Origin: Anaerohalosphaeraceae bacterium
Lineage (GTDB): Bacteria > Planctomycetota > Phycisphaerae > Sedimentisphaerales > Anaerohalosphaeraceae
Direction of reading: 5' to 3'
NCBI GenBank assembly: GCA_963675525.2
Contig: CAXXSL010000016.1
Coordinates: 224,001 to 288,000, forward strand
Length of the DNA: 64,000 nt
Part shown: positions 52,524 through 62,961 of the stretch, piece after piece
Numbering within the stretch: the first letter of the stretch is position 1
How the letters are laid out: the number at the start of each line of letters is the position of its first letter
Translations under genes and position numbers: made by a program
The notes under the pieces: generated by a model
Told to the model about the DNA's origin: nothing
What the model saw: only the letters and a program-made list of their open reading frames with translations
Databases searched by the model: none

Positions 52524-52620
52524 GGAGAATATTACTTGCTTGACTGGCGACTGAGCGGTAGAATCGTAAGGTGTAGAATATCATCTTATAAAAAGTATAA
52601 TGTGCATAAAAGGAGTGATA

Positions 52621-53316
52621 ATGAATTTGCCAATCTTGTTAATCCTCGTTTTGATTATCGGTTTTCCAATTGGATGGCTCATTTCTGAGTTTCGTTCAGG
52701 TCGCCCTCTTCGTATTACTTTAGGCATTCTTTCGATTTCATGTAGTTTTGGCGTTGCAACAGTCATTGGGATGCTTTCGGAGCTTAACTATAATGCATGG
52801 TATGGGAGTGCTACATATAAACTAATCAATACAATGGTTGGGGAAATCGAAGACGGCAATGAAGAGCGAGTCATGAAGGCTCTTCGTGGTCTCAATAATC
52901 AGTATTCACCATCATACGAGAGGAGTCCTGATTACTACCTTTCCTTTGTTGATGAAGCTACTGCAAGGATGCGAGGCGATACTGAGATTGTAGAAGGCTC
53001 AGAATGGGATACAGCTAATATAGATGGATCATCTTGGCTTGGATATTGGAAGGAAGACTCTGGTTTTTGGTTAGTTATTGACAATTCTGAATTACCCTAC
53101 GATATCATTTGGTCTGGCGATCCAAGAGCCAGTATGACATCAGTTGCTGTATCGGATGACTACAGAGTTCTCACTTATCAGGAGGCGGATAATTACAGGC
53201 ACACTTTAACTCTGATAAGTAAAAATGAAGCAAAGCATGAATGGTTTGATCTTGAAAAGAATGCTGTGTGGAGAACTGATCGTATTCGTAGATTGACAAG
53301 GTTTGATAAGGACTGA
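52621..53316 (+). CDS. Hypothetical membrane protein
   Basis: AGGAG RBS, two N-terminal TM, acidic C-terminal domain; AT-rich. Confidence 0.7.
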   Translation: MNLPILLILVLIIGFPIGWLISEFRSGRPLRITLGILSISCSFGVATVIGMLSELNYNAWYGSATYKLINTMVGEIEDGNEERVMKALRGLNNQYSPSYERSPDYYLSFVDEATARMRGDTEIVEGSEWDTANIDGSSWLGYWKEDSGFWLVIDNSELPYDIIWSGDPRASMTSVAVSDDYRVLTYQEADNYRHTLTLISKNEAKHEWFDLEKNAVWRTDRIRRLTRFDKD

Positions 53317-53322
53317 TATCTC

Positions 53323-53997
53323 ATGAAATGCTCTTTGAATATTCTTATGTTTCTAATGCTGGCATCACTATTTAGCTGTAGTAATGAAAATGCTATCTCT
53401 GATACAAATGCTGAATTCAAAGAAATACTCAAGAAAGCAGAAGAAGGAGATGTGCAGGCTCCATATGAATTAGTAAAAAGATATGTTCCCAGTGAAGACG
53501 GCAGCACGCAGGATAACGAAGAACTAGTCAAGTGGTATCGTAAAGTTGCAGAACAAGGTCATGTAGAAGCTCAATTTGCATTGGGTTTAGCATTGATGTA
53601 TGGAAAAGGAGTTACATTAAATCCTAAAGAGGCTGTTATTTGGTTACAAAAGGCATCTGAACAAGGAATAAGTAACGCTCAAATGACTCTGGGATTCATA
53701 TATGTAAATGGATATGGTTGTGTTAGGGAAGATTATGAAAAGGCTTATTACTGGAATCTCAGGGCGGCTAAACAAGGAAATCCTGAATCACAAAGATGGT
53801 TAAGTTGGATGTACACTGTCGGTATGCATGTCAACAAAGATTTCGTGGAAGCATATAAATGGGGCTTGCTAGCAGGTATGCAAGATGAAAATGTAAACAC
53901 AAGTGAATGGCTCAATCTTAGTGAACGCATGACCTCAGAACAAATAACCAAAGCTCAAAAACTTGCTAAAGCCTTTATTGCATCCCCTGAACAGTAG
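53323..53997 (+). CDS. SEL1-like repeat lipoprotein
   Basis: LFSC lipobox; AQFALG..Y..G.GV...EA..W..KA.EQG repeats. Confidence 0.88.
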   Translation: MKCSLNILMFLMLASLFSCSNENAISDTNAEFKEILKKAEEGDVQAPYELVKRYVPSEDGSTQDNEELVKWYRKVAEQGHVEAQFALGLALMYGKGVTLNPKEAVIWLQKASEQGISNAQMTLGFIYVNGYGCVREDYEKAYYWNLRAAKQGNPESQRWLSWMYTVGMHVNKDFVEAYKWGLLAGMQDENVNTSEWLNLSERMTSEQITKAQKLAKAFIASPEQ

Positions 53998-54105
53998 GTG
54001 GCGATGAGTTGATGGGGTGATGAGATATCTTCTTGATTGACTGGGGTAGATGGGTAAAATACTTTGAGTATAATACTTTCATGAAACTACTGTTGAGATT
54101 AATCT

Positions 54106-54453
54106 ATGCGAATACTATTTGTTGAGAATCACGATCAATTTGCTTCTGTCGTTATCCGTGCATTTCTCAGCAATCATGAAGTGACTGTCGTACCGAATAT
54201 CGTCTCCGCATTGGATCACTTTGCCAAAAGTGAATATGATGTTCTTCTGGTCGATTATGATCTTGATGATGGCAAAGGTGACCAGTTAGTTCAGATAATC
54301 CGCAAAGATGATCTTCGGGTAAAAATTGTGGCTGTCTCATCCCATGAGCGAGGAAATAAAGCTCTGTTGAAATCTGGCGCAGATGCGGTCTGTAGCAAGA
54401 CTGAGTTTAGTAAAATCAGTGACATTTTAGAATCATTATGGAAGCACTCCTAG
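54106..54453 (+). CDS. Single-domain response regulator receiver
   Basis: ILFVEN, VDYDL, AVSS, GADAVCSK. Confidence 0.8.
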   Translation: MRILFVENHDQFASVVIRAFLSNHEVTVVPNIVSALDHFAKSEYDVLLVDYDLDDGKGDQLVQIIRKDDLRVKIVAVSSHERGNKALLKSGADAVCSKTEFSKISDILESLWKHS

Positions 54454-54705
54454 TCAATTCCAATATGTCCCAGATAAGAGCTGTTTATATCATTCTAAAA
54501 CTCTTCTTCAAGCACAAAAAAGACGAAACTTCTCTGATATAATATTTACACTTTTTAACAAAAAATTCCACCCCAAGTACACACAAAGACCACTTGTCTT
54601 TGACGCTGGGGTGCCGCTGGGAGCATTTTTTCAGTGTGATTTTCCACTTGACAAAGATGGTTATTTCTTGTATATACTTGCTTTTTAATGAGTTATCTCA
54701 TTAAC

Positions 54706-54779
54706 GGGCGTTTAGCTCAGTTGGCTAGAGCACTAGCTCGACAAGCTAGGGGTCACTGGTTCAAGTCCAGTAACGCCCA
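54706..54779 (+). tRNA. tRNA-Val(GAC)
   Basis: Cloverleaf GGGCGTT/AACGCCC, GCTC/GAGC, CTAGC-TCGACAA-GCTAG, ACTGG-TTCAAGT-CCAGT; CCA not encoded; TTGACA at 54648. Confidence 0.95.
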
Positions 54780-54780
54780 C

Positions 54781-54830
54781 TGGTTGAGTTTCTCGTAAGC
54801 CTTTGTTTTTGCAAGGGCTTACGTCAACCA
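54781..54830 (+). repeat. Inverted repeat directly after the tRNA
   Basis: TGGTTGA..CGTAAGCC / GGCTTACG-TCAACCA. Confidence 0.6.
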
Positions 54831-55083
54831 CCTCTCTCAATCTCCCAACCTCGCATATTCTGGATTTTATCGTATTTCGCTCGATCCTAACGAGGACTTC
54901 AGTCGAATTGGCGGTCGATTTTTCAAGGGCATCACAGGTACCTGTATTAACTGCTTGCTGTTTGTTGGGTAACATGCTCGCAAGCTTATCTACTGCAAGA
55001 AGATTCAGACGGCCGTGACGACTGTGACCGCAACTGCGATATCACAAGATACAGCAAAAACGATCATAAATAATTTTGCGGCT

Positions 55084-56826
55084 CTAATTACCGTTTGGAT
55101 AAAGACCACTGGATTGCCATGTAGACGCCAAGTCAGCAAATTCCGAAAGGCCATAGTTATCCGGAGGCGTCAACCATCGATTCGCAAAAGTAACCAGATC
55201 AAATATGTTTATGACACAATCAGGCTGACTATCCGGCCCTGAAAGATCGTACGTAGCGTCTAACGCCAGGATACAGGAGCTTTCTCCACTGAGGGCATAG
55301 CGTAAATCCGCCACCTCCGTATCTGTCAACGCGTAGTTGTATAGTCGCATATCGTCGAGGCTGCCGTTAAAGGCGTGGAGTCCGTCGCTGCTGACTCCAA
55401 TATTGACGGCTGCTTCGGTTTCTGTCGGCAGTGCCCAGGAGCCTTCATCCTGCAGCAGGCCGTCCACATAGAGCTTTCCCGTCGTTCCATCAAACACGGT
55501 GCAGATGTGCTGCCACTGGCTGTCGGCTTTCAACCCGTTTGACATGGTTAACATTTCACCGTCAGTCGATTCGGCTATTAAATCGTCCTCTGTTGCCGAT
55601 GTTTCGCCCCGGTTTGCCCAGAAACTGATGGTCATCTGCCCGGATTGTTGAATCGGGTCAAATACCGGCGCTAATGCCCAGCCGTCGGAGGCGGTTATTT
55701 GGGTTGCACCGTTTGCTGTTCCGTCTGCCCCGGTGACAAAGGTTGGCGTGCCGTTGACGGCCGCGTCGTTTCCGGCCACCTCCTCCAGATAATTACCACC
55801 GCTGTAGCTATCCTGATCCAATGTCCAATGCGCGACAAGGCCGTAAACCATTAAATTTGCCGTATTGCTGTTTCGCGAGCCGCCATCATTGGTGATTTTA
55901 CAATAATACTGTCCTGCATCCGACGTCATCAGGCCGGTCATCGACAGCGTGGCGGTATATTGTTCGGTAGGTGTATCATAAGATAATTGCACATCAATAT
56001 TCGTTTCGGCCGGATCCATAAGCAGGTCGGTTGGTGTGGCCACTTTGTACCATGCGGCTGACGGTGTGGACACGCTGGTAAAGACGGTTTCAAAAACGGC
56101 TGACTGTGTTTCGTTGGCTGTTATATCTTCAGGCTGCGAAGTAATGATCGGAATCGGCAGGCCTGACGGAATCGACAGATCGACGCCGTTCGAAATGTAA
56201 ATGTCGTCCACTCGGATCGGAGCGTAATCCCTGCCATACACTTTAAAGGTTACCAGATCGACGGGAGTGTCGCCGTTGCCGGTACGGAAGGCATAATCAT
56301 TTGCTTGCAGGTCGCCCGCTGTTGCGTCTGCTGAGTCAGTTGTCACATAGACATCGTATGTTTGTGTGCTGTTATTAATGACCAGCCAGATATTATACCA
56401 CGCAGCGTCACTTATTGTCATTATGCTCGTGTTGCTGCTGCCGTTTCGGGCTCTGAGGTCATTACCCACAACAGAGACATAGGCCTCAAAGTCGCCCCAA
56501 TCCCCTGTTGGAGTTGTAAGATCGCTCAGCCCAACCGAGCAGTCAGGGCTGGTTCCCCCAGATTTATAGATCCGGTAAAACGCCGTCGTTGCGGTATCGG
56601 TATCGGGAATAGAGTCGGTATCCAGCGACAGATAGGAACCGTAGCTTTCCATGCATTGATTACCGCTTGCTTCCTGTTCAAAAGTCGGCGACCCGTCTGT
56701 CTGAACCCACGGCGATGTGATAGACCCGGGAGCGGTATAACTTTCAAAGTCATCTACCAGTACGGCAGCCTGCGTCGTCAATGCTAATAGCAAAAAGCAC
56801 GTGATAAATCCCTTTTTTCTCATCAT
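55084..56826 (-). CDS. Secreted lectin/Ig/LamG multidomain protein with dockerin-like tail
   Basis: Signal peptide, ITSQPED..DAGQYYC Ig domain, WQHICTVFDG..LYVDG..DDMRLYNYAL LamG domain. Confidence 0.85.
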   Translation of the reverse strand: MMRKKGFITCFLLLALTTQAAVLVDDFESYTAPGSITSPWVQTDGSPTFEQEASGNQCMESYGSYLSLDTDSIPDTDTATTAFYRIYKSGGTSPDCSVGLSDLTTPTGDWGDFEAYVSVVGNDLRARNGSSNTSIMTISDAAWYNIWLVINNSTQTYDVYVTTDSADATAGDLQANDYAFRTGNGDTPVDLVTFKVYGRDYAPIRVDDIYISNGVDLSIPSGLPIPIITSQPEDITANETQSAVFETVFTSVSTPSAAWYKVATPTDLLMDPAETNIDVQLSYDTPTEQYTATLSMTGLMTSDAGQYYCKITNDGGSRNSNTANLMVYGLVAHWTLDQDSYSGGNYLEEVAGNDAAVNGTPTFVTGADGTANGATQITASDGWALAPVFDPIQQSGQMTISFWANRGETSATEDDLIAESTDGEMLTMSNGLKADSQWQHICTVFDGTTGKLYVDGLLQDEGSWALPTETEAAVNIGVSSDGLHAFNGSLDDMRLYNYALTDTEVADLRYALSGESSCILALDATYDLSGPDSQPDCVINIFDLVTFANRWLTPPDNYGLSEFADLASTWQSSGLYPNGN

Positions 56827-56880
56827 TACCCTTATCTTTTTATTTTCTAAATGGAAAGTCCAATTTTATTCCCCTCCGGA

Positions 56881-58722
56881 TCAAAGACCGCTGGAGAGCC
56901 ACTCTGCCGCAAAATCAGAAAATTCTGCCATATCATAAGTCGTAAGCCATCCATTCGCAAAAGCAGCCAAATCATAGAGATCGACGGTGCAATCCGGCAA
57001 GCCTGCCGAACCGGTAAGATCATATACAAGCGGGCAGGTGTCCCACGCGTCGTGAATCGCTGCGACTTCAGTACCTGTTAACGCGTAGTTGTATAGTCGC
57101 ATATCGTCGAGGCTGCCGTTAAAGGCATGAAGTCCGTCGCTGCTGACCCCGATATTGATCGCCGCTTCGGTTTCCGTCGGCAGCGCCCAGGAACCTTCGT
57201 CGCGCAGCAGGCCGTCAACATAGAGTTTCCCCGTCGCTCCGTCAAACACCGTACAGATATGCTGCCACCGGCTGTCGGCTTTCAGGCCGTTTGACATGGT
57301 TAACACTTCATCGTCAGTCGATTTGGCTATTAAATCGTCCTCTGTTACCGATGTTTCGCCCCAGTTCGCCCAGAAACTGATGGTCATCTGCCCGGATTGT
57401 TGAATCGGGTCAAACACGGGGGCCAATGCCCATCCGTCTGTGGCGGTTATTTGAACGGCACCGTTTGCCGTTCCGTCCGCCCCGGTGACAAAGGTCGGTG
57501 TGCCGTTGACGGCCGCATCATTTCCGGTCACCTCTTCCAGATAATTACCGCTGCCGTAGCTATCCTGGCCCAGTGTCCAATGGGCGACGAGTCCATAGAC
57601 GAGCAAATTTGCGGTATTGCTGTTTCGCGGGTAACCGCTGTCATTGTCAACCTGACAGTAATAATCCCCTGTATCCGGCGTCGATGTATTGGAAATCCAT
57701 AATGTCGCGGTATATTCTGCATTCCCGGAATCATACGTCACCTGAGTTGTGATATTCGAATCCGCAGGATTTAATTCAATATCGCCGGCGGTGTCCGCTT
57801 TGAACCATGAAACAACCGGTGCCGATTCGCTCTGAAAAACCGTTTGAAACATTGCGGTTTGCGGTTCCTGAACGGTGACATCCGAAGGATGTGTCAAGAT
57901 TTCCGGACGCGGCAGGCCGGAGACAAAGATCATGTCATCCGGCTGGCGTGCAATGGAACTGATGCGCGCTTCGTCCAGAAGGCCTTCAAAATTTTCCCCG
58001 GTTGCATCACGGCTTTCATTGCCAATGGCAAAATCAATAGCCTCATTCGCATCCAGGTCCGCCTCCATCTGAAACGAGTTCAGCAAAACCGCCTGGGATT
58101 CACCCGAATCCAGAGCCGTCCAGTAAAATGTTAGATTGTCGGCGATGCCTTCCGAACCGCTATATGTTACCGCCACATGAAACCACTCATTCACGGCCCA
58201 TGCATGGTCACCCGCTGTTGGTATGGCGGCCAGGAAATTCTCCTGTGTCCCCGTGAGCTTTATAAATTCAATGGCGCCGCCGGTTGTCACTCGGAACTGC
58301 CAGCCGCGATTTTGCCCGCTGTCATCATCGCCGGAGATAATCTGCATATTATTGGGAATCGCCGTGATCGCCACGGCAGGGCGTACGATGGCTTCAAACG
58401 TAAATGCGCCGTCTGCGCCGACAAATTTGCTGATGGCTTCTTCGCTGTTATAAGCAACCGGCATATTGGAAGCGGTATCGGAAGAGCCCTCATATGTATT
58501 CAGGGCCGTTCCGAAGCCTGGATACGATGTTTCTGTTACCGTTGCTCCATAACGCAGTGTTAAATCGACGGAGTTAGTGGTTATGTCGTCATTCGAACTG
58601 CTCTCGAAATGATATAAATGCAGGGTATCGGCATCGGCGGTATAGGGACCGGACACGGCCCCATAACCATGTGCCGTTAAGATTACTGTTATCATCAGAA
58701 CTGTCTGTATAATCTTTTTCAC
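56881..58722 (-). CDS. Secreted LamG-Ig-LamG protein with dockerin-like tail
   Basis: DTLHLYHFE..WFHVAVTY..DEARIS LamG, Ig domain, second LamG near-identical to the neighbour's; GTG start. Confidence 0.85.
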   Translation of the reverse strand: MKKIIQTVLMITVILTAHGYGAVSGPYTADADTLHLYHFESSSNDDITTNSVDLTLRYGATVTETSYPGFGTALNTYEGSSDTASNMPVAYNSEEAISKFVGADGAFTFEAIVRPAVAITAIPNNMQIISGDDDSGQNRGWQFRVTTGGAIEFIKLTGTQENFLAAIPTAGDHAWAVNEWFHVAVTYSGSEGIADNLTFYWTALDSGESQAVLLNSFQMEADLDANEAIDFAIGNESRDATGENFEGLLDEARISSIARQPDDMIFVSGLPRPEILTHPSDVTVQEPQTAMFQTVFQSESAPVVSWFKADTAGDIELNPADSNITTQVTYDSGNAEYTATLWISNTSTPDTGDYYCQVDNDSGYPRNSNTANLLVYGLVAHWTLGQDSYGSGNYLEEVTGNDAAVNGTPTFVTGADGTANGAVQITATDGWALAPVFDPIQQSGQMTISFWANWGETSVTEDDLIAKSTDDEVLTMSNGLKADSRWQHICTVFDGATGKLYVDGLLRDEGSWALPTETEAAINIGVSSDGLHAFNGSLDDMRLYNYALTGTEVAAIHDAWDTCPLVYDLTGSAGLPDCTVDLYDLAAFANGWLTTYDMAEFSDFAAEWLSSGL

Positions 58723-58749
58723 GATTTTACTTCCGATCGTTATTGTGAT

Positions 58750-60291
58750 TTAATAGTTTAATTGATAGTCCAGCACCCGTAGTGATGTCGATTGCCCTGT
58801 TGATGTGGGCGAGTTTTGCATCATGACAGACAAAACCCCGTCTTTAAAACGATAAGGGTCTGCCAGCGCTTCACTCAGGAAATCTCCTGGTTCGACATGA
58901 ATGATTTGCCAGTCGGTCCATTGATTGGCGGCGGTGGCCGCCTGAATGGTCAGGTCGCCGTCGAGGAAATAAATTCCCGTATCCGTCAGGTTAACACTTT
59001 GCCGCGACTGGTAGATGACGAACGCATCGCCGTTGTCGCGGATGAATAATTTGGGTCGACTGCCAACGTAATCCGGCAATTCATTACGCGTCCAGACGCC
59101 TTGCGAATCCCGCCAGTAGTGATAATACCGCCGGGCGCCTTGCGGCCCCCAAGTGCTGTAGGAATACCCGGCATAAGTCTCCGGCGTACAGTGGAACATA
59201 ACCGCATGAACGCGGCCCTGTGAATCAATGGCCTGAGCCTGCTGGTTCATCATGCCGTAATAACGATCCAGCGGCACCACCGTCACATCCGGCGAACTCA
59301 CCGTAATCAGTTGTTCAGTCGAAGAATTTCCCGTTGCCTGACCAATCACCTGTAATCCGCCCTGACCCCATGAAAGTGAAAACAGACTTTGAAAAGCGGT
59401 GTTTCCGGTTTTGATTTGGAATCCGGCGGACGGGTTATTATTATACCATGTTGTTCCGCCATCACTGCTGTAAGCATACATGATGTCATGGTTGGCGCCT
59501 CCGGCCGTTTCCCGCCAGGTCCAGGTGACATGAAGATTGCCGTCCGGACCATACTCAACAGGCCCGTTCAGATAAGGATTTCGCACAGAACTGCTGCCGA
59601 GCGAGTCGGAGTAACTCCCTGTTCGTGAAATCACTTTCCGGCCGTTACTCCACAGGCCGCTAGCACCGTTGTAATCAACCATCGCCCAATCACCGTTTCC
59701 GGAACCGTCAATACGATAGCCAAACTGCATGTCGCCGTCCGGTGTCTGCCAGAATCGCGGATAGGTCACACTGGAAATAGTGTCGCCGACTTCCAGATAA
59801 TTGTGTACGGAATTAAATAACGATGCACTCCATGTGACAGAAGCCGGATTTGTTGCTACTCCGGTGTCTGAAACACGGTAATGAAGCATTCCGCCATGAT
59901 GATCAAATGACAGATGAATCGTTCCGTCATTAGGGCAAATGCCCATCGTAACGACATTATGAGCGTCTGTCGTTGTGCTGAGCGTGTAATCGGTCAGTTC
60001 GACCACCGACCACGAACCGCTCGGCAGTTGCCGCCGCCCCACACAGACATGACGTGACCCATTATAATAAGTTACGTACTGCCAGCCGTTATAGGTCACA
60101 AGTACATTTTGCTGAAAGGACAAGCCGTTAATCGCATATCCGTACGGAGAACCGCTGCCCAGTGTCATAGCCTGGCTGTCAACGACGACATCGCCTGTTT
60201 TCGTAACCGACGGAAATGCGCCTGCTGACGGTGACATTGCAAACAAGCAAGCCAACAAACAAAGAAGTTTGGTTATCATAAGTGCTTTCAC
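58750..60291 (-). CDS. BNR_4-type beta-propeller, possible polysaccharide lyase (PL24/PL42-like)
   Basis: DAHN..MGICPNDGTIHLSFDHH, VTYPRF, WTWRE, YSSDGGTTW Asp-box; GTG start, signal peptide. Confidence 0.75.
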   Translation of the reverse strand: MKALMITKLLCLLACLFAMSPSAGAFPSVTKTGDVVVDSQAMTLGSGSPYGYAINGLSFQQNVLVTYNGWQYVTYYNGSRHVCVGRRQLPSGSWSVVELTDYTLSTTTDAHNVVTMGICPNDGTIHLSFDHHGGMLHYRVSDTGVATNPASVTWSASLFNSVHNYLEVGDTISSVTYPRFWQTPDGDMQFGYRIDGSGNGDWAMVDYNGASGLWSNGRKVISRTGSYSDSLGSSSVRNPYLNGPVEYGPDGNLHVTWTWRETAGGANHDIMYAYSSDGGTTWYNNNPSAGFQIKTGNTAFQSLFSLSWGQGGLQVIGQATGNSSTEQLITVSSPDVTVVPLDRYYGMMNQQAQAIDSQGRVHAVMFHCTPETYAGYSYSTWGPQGARRYYHYWRDSQGVWTRNELPDYVGSRPKLFIRDNGDAFVIYQSRQSVNLTDTGIYFLDGDLTIQAATAANQWTDWQIIHVEPGDFLSEALADPYRFKDGVLSVMMQNSPTSTGQSTSLRVLDYQLNY

Positions 60292-60322
60292 GATACAGTT
60301 CCTTATTATTGATTCATTTCTC

Positions 60323-61780
60323 TTAATTTAACTGCCAATCCAAAATACGAGGGGTGGTTGATTCCTGCGCCATCACAGAGAGAATACCGTCTTCCTTGAA
60401 TCGGTAAAAATCCCCCATTCCTTCACCTGCAAAGCTTCCGGTAGTATCGGATGCGATCTCCTGCCAGTCGGTCCATTGAGAATCTGCCGATGCGGCAGCG
60501 ATGTACAGGCCCGCCGAGCGCAAATAGATCAAAAACGCATCACCGTTGTCGCGGATAAACAGCTTCGGGCGGCTGCCGACTGTGACCGGCAACTGAAAAT
60601 GATGCCATGTACCGTCGAAATCACGCCAGTAATGATGATAATCCTTGCCGGTCGATGCCCATACGTTGCATCCAGCGCCTTCGGTTGCATACCACATGAC
60701 GGTATGAACACGTCCCTGAGGATCGATCGCTTGGGACTGTTGATTCATCAATGAATATTCACGGTTTATCGGAATCGCGATGATATCCGAAGAATTCACA
60801 TCGATCAGTTGTTGTGTTGAAGTATTGCCCGTTGCCTGTCCGATAACCTGCGGTCCTGTTAACGTCCATCGAAGCCCTAAAAGAGATTGCCTCTCCTCAC
60901 CCGTCCCGGTACTGATATTGATTGATTGCTCCGGCCGCGCATCATTATACCAGGTGGTACCGCCGTCACTGCTCCATGCGTGACAAATGTCATGATTGGT
61001 GCCGCCGGAACCCTCTCGCCAGCACCATGTTAAGTGAAGCACCCCGTCCAGTCCGTAACAGGGATAGTTCAGATAGGCATTGCGGGTTGTACTGCTGCCG
61101 CAGGAATCATTATAAGTTCCATACCGGGAAATAACCATCCGTGTGTTTTCCCAGATACTCAAAGCGGCATTATAGTCGACCAGAATAATGTCTCCGCTGC
61201 CCGACCCTCCGATGCGATAACTCATTTGCAGATTTCCTTCCGGTGTTTGCCAGAATCGTGGATAGGTTACCGAAGAAACACTCTTTCCCGCTTCCAAATA
61301 ATTTTGCGTTTCATAAAACAAATTTTCATCCCATGTAACGGTTTCGGGATTCGTTGTGACACCGGGTTGCGAAATGCGGTAATGCAGGGTGCTGCCATGA
61401 TGATCAAATGACAGATGGATCGTTCCGTCATTAGGACAAATGCCCATGGAAATGATATTATGTGCATCATTGTCTTGAGAGCCGTCCAGGAATGTATAAT
61501 CCGTTAACTCCAATTTCAGCCATACGCCGTCGGGCAACTGGCGGCGGGCGATGCAAATGTGCCCGCTGGTGTTGTAGTAGGCGACATATTGAAAGCCGTT
61601 GTCGGTGACGATGGCATCCTGCTGGAATGAGACGCCATTGATGGTATCGCCATAGGCGCCCCCCGACAGAACCAGGGCCTGCGTATCCACAATCGTGTCC
61701 TGTACCTTAACAGCCAACGGTACGGCCGCTACCGCAGTACAGGATATGATAAGAAAAAAAATGTTTATTTGTACTTTCAT
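60323..61780 (-). CDS. BNR_4-type beta-propeller paralog
   Basis: Same motifs (DAHN, SFDHH, TYPRF, WSSDGGTTW); start at MKVQIN. Confidence 0.75.
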   Translation of the reverse strand: MKVQINIFFLIISCTAVAAVPLAVKVQDTIVDTQALVLSGGAYGDTINGVSFQQDAIVTDNGFQYVAYYNTSGHICIARRQLPDGVWLKLELTDYTFLDGSQDNDAHNIISMGICPNDGTIHLSFDHHGSTLHYRISQPGVTTNPETVTWDENLFYETQNYLEAGKSVSSVTYPRFWQTPEGNLQMSYRIGGSGSGDIILVDYNAALSIWENTRMVISRYGTYNDSCGSSTTRNAYLNYPCYGLDGVLHLTWCWREGSGGTNHDICHAWSSDGGTTWYNDARPEQSINISTGTGEERQSLLGLRWTLTGPQVIGQATGNTSTQQLIDVNSSDIIAIPINREYSLMNQQSQAIDPQGRVHTVMWYATEGAGCNVWASTGKDYHHYWRDFDGTWHHFQLPVTVGSRPKLFIRDNGDAFLIYLRSAGLYIAAASADSQWTDWQEIASDTTGSFAGEGMGDFYRFKEDGILSVMAQESTTPRILDWQLN

Positions 61781-61954
61781 CGTCCCCCTAAGAGAATTCA
61801 TACTATGATACCACCTTCCCCGATTATATTCAAGGCACAATTCAGTGCCTGCCCTTTTAGCCAACAATGATTTCTGATCTGCCAGCGTTATTTACAAAAA
61901 ACTTACCCCCTGCAATGGCACTCTGGAACAAGATGCAATTTGATCTCGATAAAT

Positions 61955-62815
61955 CTATTGTTCCGGCATATCAGGCAGATCGGTCGGAGGCACATAATCT
62001 TTATGCCATCTTAAGGTCCATAAATTCTGCAGATTACCAATCGTGTCGGCATGCAGATCCTTGTATATCAGGTTAATTCTCTTATTATGCCGGTCAAGAC
62101 AAAACCGCTGCATATGTTGAGTATCAAATCCCGGGCTATACCTGCCCTGCAGATTGTTGTATCCTGCAGGATTAGCAACCGGCGATGCATCGGTGCCTCT
62201 GGGCCAGGCAACTGTCCATGCACCATCGCCGAAAATCGGTGTATTCGCTGTAATATCGAGCCATGTTTTATAAAGATAAGGGCTATAATTGGGGTTATTT
62301 TCATAATATGCATCATATCCCACCCAGGCATTAAACATCAAAGCCCCGGTCGTTGACATATAAGCAGACCTGTTCCAATGCCAAGGCGCGGCGGCAGATC
62401 CATACTGACCAGCAGGATTGACCAGATCGGGATCAGCAGGGATAAATTTTGACATCGGTGCCGCAGGGCAGTGAATCATCTTCATGGTTTGAAATTCGCC
62501 TGACTCTTGTGCGAAAGAATCATTTTCAGAATAAGGAGCAAGTTTTTTCATCCAGTAATAATCCCACTCTCCCGGATTGACACTATCATTATTGCGAAGT
62601 GCCAGCCGTTTATAATCATGTTCAAATGTATACAATTCAAGCGCCTTGCCAACCTGTCCGAGATTGGCCAGGCAAACCGTCCTTATGGCTTGCGACTTGG
62701 CCAATCTTAAAGCAGGCAGAATCACCGCCAGCAATACCGCAATGATTGCGATCACCACCAATAACTCAATGAGCGTAAATCCCTTTTTCACTCTTGTTTT
62801 GTTTTTCATCTTCAT
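61955..62815 (-). CDS. Planctomycete prepilin-type N-terminal/H-X9-DG-like protein
   Basis: [30 protein letters not shown]-terminal H-X9-DLH variant. Confidence 0.88.
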   Translation of the reverse strand: MKMKNKTRVKKGFTLIELLVVIAIIAVLLAVILPALRLAKSQAIRTVCLANLGQVGKALELYTFEHDYKRLALRNNDSVNPGEWDYYWMKKLAPYSENDSFAQESGEFQTMKMIHCPAAPMSKFIPADPDLVNPAGQYGSAAAPWHWNRSAYMSTTGALMFNAWVGYDAYYENNPNYSPYLYKTWLDITANTPIFGDGAWTVAWPRGTDASPVANPAGYNNLQGRYSPGFDTQHMQRFCLDRHNKRINLIYKDLHADTIGNLQNLWTLRWHKDYVPPTDLPDMPEQ

Positions 62816-62875
62816 TCTCTCTTTTTTGGAGTTATTGCGCTGTTACTGTCTTTTGGCGATCTACATTTAATACGA

Positions 62876-62909
62876 TGTTACGGGCCGAGGTGTTCTCCGG
62901 CCCGTAACA
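62876..62909 (-). terminator. Hairpin after the PEP-CTERM gene
   Basis: TGTTACGGGCCG/CGGCCCGTAACA 12-bp stem. Confidence 0.7.
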
Positions 62910-62961
62910 GGTTGAACACATTTACATCGGGATTAAAAATCCCAAAATAATCCTTAACGGA

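Noticed and set aside
54733..54975. 80-aa minus-strand ORF ending GVTGLEPVTPSLSS
   Set aside because: Its end is the antisense translation of the tRNA; at most a remnant, not a gene
55328..57629. Duplicated segment as a DGR template/variable repeat pair
   Set aside because: Both copies are coding, the differences look mostly synonymous rather than adenine-specific, and there is no reverse transcriptase in the window
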